This document shows positions 16,887-24,636 of a stretch of DNA of 24,636 nucleotides, one piece after another. The stretch comes from Armatimonadota bacterium (GTDB lineage Bacteria > Armatimonadota > Armatimonadia > Armatimonadales > Armatimonadaceae), in NCBI GenBank assembly GCA_043754515.1, contig JAYUUO010000264.1:1-24636 (forward strand). Direction: 5' to 3'. The notes below the pieces were generated by a model that worked only from the letters and a program-made list of their open reading frames with translations, searched no databases and was not told the DNA's origin. A program made the translations under genes and the position numbers. Positions within the stretch are counted from its first letter, which is position 1, and every line of letters starts with the position of its first letter.

Positions 16887-18194
16887 CTACGTATGATACT
16901 CCGCGTTGATTTTCACGTAGTCGTACGAGAAGTCGCAGGTGTAGAACTGCGCCTCGCTCTCCCCCGCGCCCAGGTCAACGTGGATGGTCAGCTCCTTGAC
17001 CGCCATCGCCTTCGAGAGCGCGGGCGCGTCGAACCTCGTCGGGGTGCCGCCCGCGAAAATGCACGTTCCCGCGAGAGACGCCGTCGCCCGTTTCGGGTCG
17101 AAACGCACCCCGGCACGGCCCGCCGCCGCTAGAATACGCCCCCAGTTCGGATCGTTGCCGAACAGCGCGGTCTTGACCAGCGGCGATTCGGCTATGGTTT
17201 TGGCGACTTTGCGGGCGTCCGCGACCGTTTCCGTACCCGTCACGCGCACCGTAACCAGCTTCGTCGCGCCCTCGCCGTCGCGGGCTATCTCTTTGGCGAG
17301 ATGAATGCAGACGCGAGTCAATGCGCCCGCGAATACCTGGTAGTCCTCCCCGCTCGCGGCGGTAATCGCGGCGTTGTTCGCCGCGCCGGACGCTAGCACA
17401 ATACACGAATCGTTGGTCGAGGTGTCGCCGTCTACGGTCAGGCAGTTGAACGACACGGCGACCGCTTCGATCAGCGCGGCATGGAGCGCGTCGTGGGTGA
17501 TCACGGCGTCCGTGGTCAGAAAGCCGAGCATCGTGGCCATATTCGGCGCGATCATGCCCGAGCCTTTCGCCATCCCGCCGACGGTGACGACCGCGCCGGA
17601 CGCCGGGAGCATGAAGCGAACCGCGTACTCTTTCGTAAACGTGTCCGTAGTCAGAATCGCCTCGGCGGACTCGGTGGCGGCTCGCGGCGTCGCGGCGAGT
17701 AGAGTCGCCGCCTCGCGAATCCCGGACTCGACAATCGCCATCGGGAGCAACGTGCCGATAACGCCGGTAGACGCCGTGAGCACGTTCTCGGCGGGGATGC
17801 CGAGCGATTGCCCCGCGATCCGCGCCATCTGCTCATTGTCCGCCTCGCCGCGCTCGCCGTTGCCCGCGTTCGCGTTCCCCGCGTTCACCACGATAGCGAT
17901 GGGGGAGGCGGTCACTCGCTCGCCATCCGAACTGGCGTCGCGGAACAGCGTTTCGTTGCGGGTGACGCAGGGCGCGCGAACGACGTTGGTCGTGAACACG
18001 CCCGCCGCCGTCGGGGACGCGCCCGAGTCCGCGTCGGCAATTAAGACGCAGATGTCGCGCCGCTTGCGCTTTATCCCGCACCGCACCCCGGCGACGCGAA
18101 AGCCGCCCGCCGCGACCACGCCCCCGCCGCACTCTTCATAGGGAGGGAATGTCGTCCCCGCATGTCCCGCGCCCGATTCCGTGCTTACGGCCAT
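16887..18194 (-). CDS. argJ: Bifunctional ornithine acetyltransferase / N-acetylglutamate synthase
   Basis: GVFTTN, NAGNANA, STGVIG, KGSGMIAPNMATML autocleavage motif, DGDTSTND, DGEGATK, DPNWGR; the ATG overlaps the argC 3' end. Confidence 0.96.
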   Translation of the reverse strand: MAVSTESGAGHAGTTFPPYEECGGGVVAAGGFRVAGVRCGIKRKRRDICVLIADADSGASPTAAGVFTTNVVRAPCVTRNETLFRDASSDGERVTASPIAIVVNAGNANAGNGERGEADNEQMARIAGQSLGIPAENVLTASTGVIGTLLPMAIVESGIREAATLLAATPRAATESAEAILTTDTFTKEYAVRFMLPASGAVVTVGGMAKGSGMIAPNMATMLGFLTTDAVITHDALHAALIEAVAVSFNCLTVDGDTSTNDSCIVLASGAANNAAITAASGEDYQVFAGALTRVCIHLAKEIARDGEGATKLVTVRVTGTETVADARKVAKTIAESPLVKTALFGNDPNWGRILAAAGRAGVRFDPKRATASLAGTCIFAGGTPTRFDAPALSKAMAVKELTIHVDLGAGESEAQFYTCDFSYDYVKINAEYHT

Positions 18195-19249
18195 AATCCC
18201 GCGCCCTCCAATCCAGCGGTCTCTCCGAAGCCGCACATCAGGTTCATGTTCTGCACCGCCTGACCCGCCGCGCCTTTGACTAGGTTGTCAATCACCGATG
18301 TTACGATAACGGTACCGGTGCGCGGGTCAACGGCGGCGCAAATATGGCAATAGTTCGAGCCGAGGACATCCTTCGCGCGCGGCTGATCGCCCGCGTCGCG
18401 CACCACGACGAACGGCGCGTCCGCGTATCGTTCGCGCAAATCGGCGGTGATCTCAGTCGCCGTCGTTTGCGGGTTGATCAGGTGTCCGTAACACGTCGAG
18501 AATATCCCGCGCGTCATCGGCACCAGATGGGGCGTGAACGTCACCCGGACCGGCTCGCCCGCAACGGCTGATAGCGACTGTTCGATCTCGGGGATGTGTC
18601 GGTGTGTCCCGCCGACGCCGTACGCCGCAACCGATTCGTTCGCCTCGGAGAACTTGAACGCGAGGTCGCTCTTCGCCCGGCCCGCCCCGGAAATTCCCGT
18701 CTTGGAGTCTATGACGATGCCGCGCGGTTCGATTCGCCCCGAACCGAGTAGCGGCGCGAGCGCGAGAACTGCCGCCGTGACATGACAGCCGGGATTCGCG
18801 ATCAGCCGCGCCTCCCGGATCGCGTCCTTGTGGTACTCCGGCAGTCCGTAAACGGTTCGGGAGTCGGCGAGCAGGTCGGACGCGGAGTGTGGCATCTTGT
18901 AAAACGTTTCCCACTCCGCGATGTCCTTCAGGCGGAAGTCTGCGGCGAGGTCAATAACACGTCTGCCGTCCGCGAGGAGTTTGGGCGCGGCGACCATCGA
19001 GACGCCGTTATCCTGAGCGAGGAACACGAGTTCCGCGCCCGCGACCCCCGCCGCTTCGATGCCGCCGTGTTCGCAGACCAACTCGCCGACGCCCGAACCG
19101 GCAAGCCCCGCGAACACGGATTTGAGCGGCTTCCCAGCGAACGTTTCGGACACGACGCTGACCACCCTGACATGGGGATGGCGCGCGAGTAGCCGCGCCA
19201 GTTCCCCGCCGACATACCCGCTCACCCCGACTATAGCGACCGATATCAT
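18185..19249 (-). CDS. argC: N-acetyl-gamma-glutamyl-phosphate reductase
   Basis: GVSGYVG, DLAADFRL, YGLPE, ANPGC, SGAGR, HRHIPEI, FTPHL, DNLVKGAAGQAVQNMN; RBS GGGGAG before ATG 19249. Confidence 0.96.
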   Translation of the reverse strand: MISVAIVGVSGYVGGELARLLARHPHVRVVSVVSETFAGKPLKSVFAGLAGSGVGELVCEHGGIEAAGVAGAELVFLAQDNGVSMVAAPKLLADGRRVIDLAADFRLKDIAEWETFYKMPHSASDLLADSRTVYGLPEYHKDAIREARLIANPGCHVTAAVLALAPLLGSGRIEPRGIVIDSKTGISGAGRAKSDLAFKFSEANESVAAYGVGGTHRHIPEIEQSLSAVAGEPVRVTFTPHLVPMTRGIFSTCYGHLINPQTTATEITADLRERYADAPFVVVRDAGDQPRAKDVLGSNYCHICAAVDPRTGTVIVTSVIDNLVKGAAGQAVQNMNLMCGFGETAGLEGAGLWP

Positions 19250-19305
19250 TCGTTTTACTCCCCGCCCCACCACTTCGACAACGTAATCTGAAACTCTATC
19301 CAGAC

Positions 19306-19354
19306 AAAAAAAGCCGGACGCAACATCCCCGTCAATCGGTCGTTGCGTCCGGCT
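19306..19354 (-). terminator. Intrinsic terminator 2 in the argC leader
   Basis: Perfect 13-bp stem AGCCGGACGCAAC/GTTGCGTCCGGCT, 17-nt loop, U7 tract on the minus strand, about 55 nt before the argC ATG. Confidence 0.8.
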
Positions 19355-19388
19355 CCCCCAAACTCTTCGGCTTCGTAATGAAATACAC

Positions 19389-19468
19389 AAAAAAAGCCCG
19401 CCGCGACACACCGCCTTCTACGCCGCCGCTCGGTTGCAACGAGCGGCACGTACGGGGGTCACGGCAGG
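19389..19468 (-). terminator. Attenuator-type terminator 1 in the argC leader
   Basis: CCUGCCGUGAC (19468-19458) pairs with GUCGCGGCGGG (19407-19397; 11 bp, 2 GU), encloses an inner stem GCCGCUCG/CGAGCGGC, and is followed by C-U7. Confidence 0.6.
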
Positions 19469-19481
19469 GTCTCTTCGCGAT

Positions 19482-19574
19482 TTAGGCTTCGCGCGTGCCC
19501 CGATCCGTGATCCCGATACGGGAACGACGGTCGCGGCGGCGAAGCGAACCGCATGATTCGCTCTTGTAGAACAT
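19482..19574 (-). CDS. Putative arginine-rich leader peptide MFYKSESCGSLRRRDRRSRIGITDRGTREA
   Basis: ATG 9 nt after the -10 box; 8 Arg in 30 aa, 6 of them within 8 codons; lies between the promoter and the terminators upstream of argC. Confidence 0.7.
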   Translation of the reverse strand: MFYKSESCGSLRRRDRRSRIGITDRGTREA

Positions 19575-19583
19575 AGTTTTGCT

Positions 19584-19612
19584 AGTATAGCCCTTGGCGG
19601 GGGGATCGTCAA
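19584..19612 (-). promoter_or_regulatory. Sigma70-type promoter of the argCJ leader
   Basis: TTGACG (19612-19607), 17-bp spacer, TATACT (19589-19584). Confidence 0.85.
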
Positions 19613-19628
19613 GGCACTGGTCCGCCGC

Positions 19629-21515
19629 TCACTTTCTCGATAGCTCGCGCGACTGGATCGCCTTCAGCCGCGCCGTATCGAACTTCGGCTCGCGCCCGAA
19701 CGTATGCAGGCCGTTCTCCTCGGGATATACGTCCGTCAGTTGCGTGTAGCAGTAGCCGAACATGTGCGCGTTGTTTATCAGGATGTGGCATGTCGCCTCG
19801 AAGCGGTAGTAGAACTCATCCAGAGTCTGGGGGTCCGCGCCGTAGCCCCAACTGCTCTTGCGGTCGAGCGTGTTCTCCGTCGCCGACTTCGCGGCCGCGC
19901 CCGCCTCCCAGCGGAAGCCCCCGAACTCACTCACGAAGTAGGGCTGCCCCCGGTACGGCGTAGACCACCGGGCGACGGTGCTGGCGGACGAGCCGGTCGG
20001 CGTGCGCGGGTTCGTGAACGCCGCCCAATCCGGCCCCGCGACATGGCGTGCGCGGAACTTCTCCAAGCCCGTAGCGAAGTCCTTCTCCTTGATGTAGTCG
20101 TGCGAGTCGTACACGTCCGTGTCGCGGACGCGGTGCGAATAGCCGGACGTGTCGAGTATCGGGCGCGTTTTATCGGCGGCCTTCGCGGCGAGGAACAGGG
20201 CCTGCGTCGCGTCGTCGAGCGTGGTAACGCGGTCGTGGAACGGTTGCCACGTCTCGTTGAGCGGGCACCACCCGACGATGCACGGGTGTGAGTAGTCGCG
20301 CTCCAGTGCTTCGAGCCACTGCGCCGCGTAGGTGATCCCTGGCTGTTGGTGGTCAGAATTCGGCCCGTACCCGCCGCAGCCCCAGTCGGCGAACTCGCCC
20401 CAGACGAGGTAGCCCATCCGGTCGGCGTGGTATAAGAACCGCTCCTCGAACACCTTCTGGTGCAGGCGTGCCCCATTAAACCCGGCGTCGAGCGAGAGCT
20501 GAATGTCTCGTATCAGGGCGTCGTCGGTGGGCGCGATCATCACGCCATCGGGGTAGTAGCCCTGATCCAGCACCAGCCGCTGGAAGATCGGTTCGCCGTT
20601 CAGAAGCATGGCCTGGCCCGCGATGGCCACGCTACGTAGCCCCGCGTAGCTGAGTACCCTGTCCGCGACGACGCCGCCCGCGTCCACGAGCGTTATCTCA
20701 AGGTCGTACAGGAAGGGGTCCTCCGGCGACCATCGCCGCCGCCGCCGCTCGGAGATGGCGAGTTCGAGGCGCGGCGCGAAGTCGAGGTCGGCGCGGACCT
20801 CGGACTCGCAGACGGTTCCCGCGTCGTCCGACAGCACCGCCCGCAGGCGGTACCCCCGCGCGTTGTTCGTGAGCGGCTGCTCGACGGTGAGGCTGCCCGC
20901 GCCCAGGTTGGGCGTTATACACGTCCGTTTGAGCGCGGCGGGGAGCGGAAGTGATTCGAGCCACACCGTCTGCCAGATGCCGGTGGTGCGGGTGTAGTGG
21001 CACCCGGCGGGGTGTAGCGTGGTGACCTGTTTGCCGCGCGGCTGGGGGGCGCGGGCCGTGTCGCGGGCGCGGACGACCACTGTCACCGCCTCGCCGCCCC
21101 CGGCGACGCCTAGCAGGTTGCACGAGAATGGCGTGAAGCCGCCCCGGTGTCGCCCGATCTCGACCGGCAGCCCGCCGGTGCGCTCCGAGATAGCCCATAC
21201 CGTGGCGTCGTAGTCTACCGCCCCGAAATGGATCACGGTCTCGCGCCCCGCCCAGTCCGCGGGCGGCGTCATCGCGCGGCGGTACCAGACGGCGTGCATG
21301 AAGTCCTTGTGCCCGACGCCGGACAGGTCGGACTCCGGGCAGAAGGGCACCCGTATCGCACGGTCGAACGCGGCGCGAGCGGTGTTGAGGCCGCGCTCGA
21401 CGCCGCTGTCCGCGCTGTCAATCTGGAACTCCCATTCGCCGTTCAGGCAGACATAGATGGGGACCCGGTCGCGGTCAACGCGCGTGAACCGCGGGCGGGG
21501 GTGTCGGTCATCAAT
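19629..21515 (-). CDS. Glycoside hydrolase family 2 (beta-galactosidase/glucuronidase-like); start codon anomalous, possibly a pseudogene
   Basis: HPRP.F.R, LNGEWEF, HFGAVDY, TGIWQTVWLE, LDQGYYPDG, RLHQK, HPCIVGWCPLNE, SEFGG, YTQLTDV..E.NG. The frame is open to 21515 (ATT), while the TTG/ATG after RBS AAGGAG are out of frame. Confidence 0.85.
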   Translation of the reverse strand: MDDRHPRPRFTRVDRDRVPIYVCLNGEWEFQIDSADSGVERGLNTARAAFDRAIRVPFCPESDLSGVGHKDFMHAVWYRRAMTPPADWAGRETVIHFGAVDYDATVWAISERTGGLPVEIGRHRGGFTPFSCNLLGVAGGGEAVTVVVRARDTARAPQPRGKQVTTLHPAGCHYTRTTGIWQTVWLESLPLPAALKRTCITPNLGAGSLTVEQPLTNNARGYRLRAVLSDDAGTVCESEVRADLDFAPRLELAISERRRRRWSPEDPFLYDLEITLVDAGGVVADRVLSYAGLRSVAIAGQAMLLNGEPIFQRLVLDQGYYPDGVMIAPTDDALIRDIQLSLDAGFNGARLHQKVFEERFLYHADRMGYLVWGEFADWGCGGYGPNSDHQQPGITYAAQWLEALERDYSHPCIVGWCPLNETWQPFHDRVTTLDDATQALFLAAKAADKTRPILDTSGYSHRVRDTDVYDSHDYIKEKDFATGLEKFRARHVAGPDWAAFTNPRTPTGSSASTVARWSTPYRGQPYFVSEFGGFRWEAGAAAKSATENTLDRKSSWGYGADPQTLDEFYYRFEATCHILINNAHMFGYCYTQLTDVYPEENGLHTFGREPKFDTARLKAIQSRELSRK

Positions 21516-21558
21516 CGATCAAACTCCTTGAAATATCGGCGGGCGAGAGCACGGACAC

Positions 21559-21587
21559 AGTATATTGGGGTACCCAACAAATGGCCA
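21559..21587 (-). promoter_or_regulatory. Candidate GH2 promoter with a palindromic operator in the spacer
   Basis: TGGCCA, 17-bp spacer, TATACT; the spacer contains TTGGG-TAC-CCCAA. Confidence 0.45.
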
Positions 21588-21798
21588 CCCGAGTGGAAGC
21601 AGAGGGCCGTTACCTGCGCTGACCCCGGTCCCTCGCGGTGATCCGCGCCCACTTACGCGGCGGAGGATTACCGCGTTCGGGCTGACATCCGGGAAAGGCG
21701 CGGGTGGCGGTAGGTCTATCACCCCACCCGGATAGCCTTCTCCGACAACCCCGCCGGGCGGTTCGGCGGTGACGGAACTGCTACCCATCCCAAGTGCG

Positions 21799-22407
21799 TC
21801 AGGGGGTGACTTGGAGACTCGGCTCTTCCGCGTCGGACGTCACCCCGAGCAGACGTAATACGGAGTCCTCGCGCATGAACGCGGGCAGTTCGTCGTCATC
21901 GTCCGCGTCCCTCTCGAACATAAACGACGGGGCGAAGCGGTAGGAGGGCTGGGACGCGTCCGCGCGCAGTGCCGAACTGCCGTCGCTCCACGCCTCGCGC
22001 CGCGACCGACTGAGAATGTTCTTATCCTCGGGCGTCAAGGACAGTTGCTGAACCATGAGACGCAAACCGTGATCGGCGAGCGCGAAGTTTCCGAGGTCAC
22101 GGTGGAGCATACAGAACGCGAAAAGACCGTGTTGCTCGTCCTTTTCCATCAGGCAGGCGATCTGATAATACTGACGCGTTACGAGAACCGTGCCTTCCAC
22201 GTCGTCATCGGGTGAAGCACCGCGTTGCTCGGACATCCGGGCACGCAATCGCAGCGCGACCATGGAGACCGTCTCGTCAAGTATATCTTGGGACTCGACG
22301 TCGGGCGCGGCACTCTTCAGAGATTTACCGCTCTCCCAATCCGCGACAGCGATTCCGACCACGCCAGGCCATAGACGGATCATTAATCTGTTCAGCAATT
22401 CTTCCAT
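21799..22407 (-). CDS. Hypothetical protein with a roadblock/profilin-like N-terminal domain and an acidic tail
   Basis: PGVVGIAVADWESG...QYYQI...GLFAFCMLHRDLGNFALA resembles the small G..GAALVD.ESG...LFLYL.LDR..ANLALA family; RBS GGAG before ATG 22407. Confidence 0.65.
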   Translation of the reverse strand: MEELLNRLMIRLWPGVVGIAVADWESGKSLKSAAPDVESQDILDETVSMVALRLRARMSEQRGASPDDDVEGTVLVTRQYYQIACLMEKDEQHGLFAFCMLHRDLGNFALADHGLRLMVQQLSLTPEDKNILSRSRREAWSDGSSALRADASQPSYRFAPSFMFERDADDDDELPAFMREDSVLRLLGVTSDAEEPSLQVTP

Positions 22408-22643
22408 GTCTTCGACTCCAGTGGCCACGCTAGAGAATCACCGGTCATCTTTCGTTGGGAGACTGCTCCGAAATGATCGGACGCGTGGGATAGCCTTAAA
22501 CCACGTTATACCGCATGTCCGATGGCGTATCATACCCGCGCCGCTCCCCGGTTAAACTCCCCGGATCAGACGGCGACGTGGGGCGACGTGACGTGCGGAT
22601 AAAAAAAGTAACGCGGCGCGGCGGCCTTGCCGTAGAACAGACT

Positions 22644-24116
22644 ATGAGTTCATTAAAGGACACGCGCCGCATCCAACTCGCGGCGGTCGCCCTCGCTTGC
22701 GCGCTGTTCGGTGCCATTGATCTGGTGGTCGTTTTCCTCACACCGGGTGTTCCGCGCGAACCCGCGCTCTTGCCGCCGGTCCTGTCCGCGGTGATCGTGA
22801 TGATTGCGCTACCGTTCCTGCTCCGCCTGTTCGAGCGGCAACAAGTCCACATCAACGAACAGGCCGCCGAGATCGAGACGCTACACGCGATGGACGGGGC
22901 CATTGTGTCGGAGATGGAACTCCCGAAACTCCTGCCGGTCGCCGCCGAAAAGGCACTCACGGCGTGCGACGGCGAGGCGAGCGGCGTCGTTATCTTCGAC
23001 CCGATCAGCGGCAAACTCGCCGGGGAATCGTTCCGCATGCCGGACGTTGACGGCGAGGTGGCAAAAACGCAATTCATGTTGCTATCACGGGCCGGTAGCG
23101 TGACCGGCGACGCGGATTGGGACACGCTGGTCGAGCCGCTGGTCGCCGCCGGTGTCGGGGGCGTGGGCGGGGCGAACGGCTACCTCCTGGTCGCGCGGCG
23201 GCGGGGCAACAACCGCCCCTTCACGCCGACCGACCGCCGTCTGCTCTCCGCCCTGTGCGGCACCCTGCGCATCGCGGTCGGGAACGTTCGCGCGCTGGTC
23301 GCGGCCCGCGAAGCACTCGCGGTACGCGCGGAGCTTCAGGTCACCCGCGTACACCAAAAGCGCGATCAGGCTCTCGCCCGCGCCATGACGGAGGGCCTGC
23401 TCCCCGAGATCCCGGAGCGGATCGGCGCGTGGGAGTTCTCGCAGAAGTATCAGGCGCAGAGCGACGAGGCACCGGTCGGCGGCGACCTGTACGACCTGTT
23501 TCGGATCGCGCCGGGCCGGTGGGGCGTGTTCATCGCCGACGTTTCGGGGAAAGGGTTGGCGGCGGCGCGGAAGGTGGCACTGGTGAAATACGCCCTGCGC
23601 TCGTACGCCCGCGAGCACGCGTCCCCGGCGCATGTGCTCGACCATCTGAACGAGACGCTGTTCGACGAGCCGGAGATGACCGGATTCGTGACGTTGTTCT
23701 ACGCGGTGCTGGACGAGCAGGGGGGAGAAATAGCCTGGGCTTCGGCGGGACACGAGACGCCGGTGCTGCGCCGCGCGAACGGCGACTGCGAGACGCTGTA
23801 CCCGACGGGACCCGTGCTCGGCGCGATGAACGAGATCACGTATACCGAGGGGCGTAGCGTGTTCAACCCCGGCGACGGTCTGCTCCTGTTCACGGACGGG
23901 ATGAGTGAGGCGCGCTCGAAGGGGGACCGCGTGGTGATGTTGGAGGTCAAGGGGATCGAGCGCGAACTCGGGTATGTCTTAGCCGCGCCGCCGGACGCCG
24001 AAACGCCGCCCGTCGCGGAGGCGTTGATGGGCGCGCTGTACCGGTTCACGGGCGGCACGCTAACGGACGACACCGCGCTGTTCTGGATGCGGTACGCGCC
24101 CGGAAGCGGCGGGTGA
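22644..24116 (+). CDS. SpoIIE/RsbU-like PP2C protein phosphatase with two N-terminal TM helices and a GAF-like domain
   Basis: VGGDLYD, IADVSGKG, SAGHE, GPVLG, LFTDGMSEA, DDTAL motifs; start ATG 22644 (upstream alternative 22515). Confidence 0.9.
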   Translation: MSSLKDTRRIQLAAVALACALFGAIDLVVVFLTPGVPREPALLPPVLSAVIVMIALPFLLRLFERQQVHINEQAAEIETLHAMDGAIVSEMELPKLLPVAAEKALTACDGEASGVVIFDPISGKLAGESFRMPDVDGEVAKTQFMLLSRAGSVTGDADWDTLVEPLVAAGVGGVGGANGYLLVARRRGNNRPFTPTDRRLLSALCGTLRIAVGNVRALVAAREALAVRAELQVTRVHQKRDQALARAMTEGLLPEIPERIGAWEFSQKYQAQSDEAPVGGDLYDLFRIAPGRWGVFIADVSGKGLAAARKVALVKYALRSYAREHASPAHVLDHLNETLFDEPEMTGFVTLFYAVLDEQGGEIAWASAGHETPVLRRANGDCETLYPTGPVLGAMNEITYTEGRSVFNPGDGLLLFTDGMSEARSKGDRVVMLEVKGIERELGYVLAAPPDAETPPVAEALMGALYRFTGGTLTDDTALFWMRYAPGSGG

Positions 24117-24248
24117 GTAAGTCTACCGCGTCTCTCGACAGGCCTTGTAGCCCGTGCCATAATAGGCGCGTGCGGAATCGAAAAAGATCCCGCCCTTTCA
24201 AGATGCCGCAACAAACAGCGGCACTGTCAACGCTAGCCAAGGAGGCTG

Positions 24249-24636
24249 GTGTTTTATGAGTGTCCCAATAGCGCGCCCTTATGCCGCGCCCTTATGGTCG
24301 TCAGCGTCTTGTTCGCTCTCTGCTTGCCCTCCCTGGCTGGGCAATACGTCCTCTCGTCTCGCTCCGGCGGGTCGGATCTTAGCGGCGGGTATGGCCTGAA
24401 CAAGTCTGCATCAGGTTACGGTGCCTCTGTCACCATCAAAACGGAGTATGTGTTCACCTTCACATGGATGGGTGATAATGCGGCGGATCTCCCGCCTCAA
24501 AACGTCGTAATGACGCGGACGACTTCCGCCAAGGCAGACATCTATGGGAACCCCGGTTCGGGGAACGTGGACTCAAATCTCGGCGACACCGCCGCCATTG
24601 TAGTTCAGGGGAGTTCCTCGTCGGCGAGTGTTGATG
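24249..24636 (+). CDS. N-terminal part of a probable secreted protein (runs off the window; start GTG 24249 or ATG 24294 uncertain)
   Basis: Open frame ...LMVVSVLFALCLPSLA-GQYVLSSRSGG...EYVFTFTWMGDN... with a signal-like segment; RBS AAGGAGG at 24239-24245. Confidence 0.6.
   Translation, partial: MFYECPNSAPLCRALMVVSVLFALCLPSLAGQYVLSSRSGGSDLSGGYGLNKSASGYGASVTIKTEYVFTFTWMGDNAADLPPQNVVMTRTTSAKADIYGNPGSGNVDSNLGDTAAIVVQGSSSSASVD

Noticed and set aside
19250..19411. N-terminal extension of ArgC in the ORF track (likewise the extensions of OppA, OppB, ArgJ and the Nif3-like protein)
   Set aside because: Family homology begins at downstream ATGs with better context; the ArgC extension runs through terminator hairpins.
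19330..19420. T-box riboswitch in the argC leader (AAGGCGGTGTGTCGCGG and TTTGGGGGAGCCGG loosely resemble the T-box)
   Set aside because: Neither has the GGTGGNACCRCG core with the UGGN bulge, and no stem I motifs were recognisable.
810..24214. Numerous long antisense or alternate-frame ORFs overlapping the called genes
   Set aside because: Expected shadow ORFs in high-GC coding DNA; Arg/Pro/Ala-rich with no recognisable motifs.

Overview
GC-rich bacterial chromosomal window; taxon not determinable from the sequence alone. In order: an oppABC-D-F peptide ABC transporter operon with four passenger genes inserted (a small ORF plus a clan AA aspartic protease carrying an internal amber stop, and two Uma2 nucleases); a sigma54-type promoter followed by two broken CBM4/9-like paralogs, a membrane-anchored hypothetical protein and a solute-binding protein; a Nif3-like gene; a decayed minus-strand glf / glycosyltransferase / GH1-like operon; a third Uma2; argC-argJ; a GH2 hydrolase with a defective start; a roadblock/profilin-like gene divergent from a SpoIIE/PP2C phosphatase; and the start of a secreted protein. 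Three copies of a ~180-bp hairpin-rich MITE-like element (TIR TAGGAGTTACGC) each appear to interrupt a gene. The most notable feature is the argC leader. It has a near-consensus sigma70 promoter, an almost leaderless 30-aa peptide with an RRRDRRSR cluster, mutually exclusive 1:2 / 2:3 / 3:4 pairings ending in a U7 tract, a second uORF with six consecutive Arg codons and a second strong terminator. Together these suggest ribosome-mediated arginine attenuation. All family calls are from motif recognition, not database searches.
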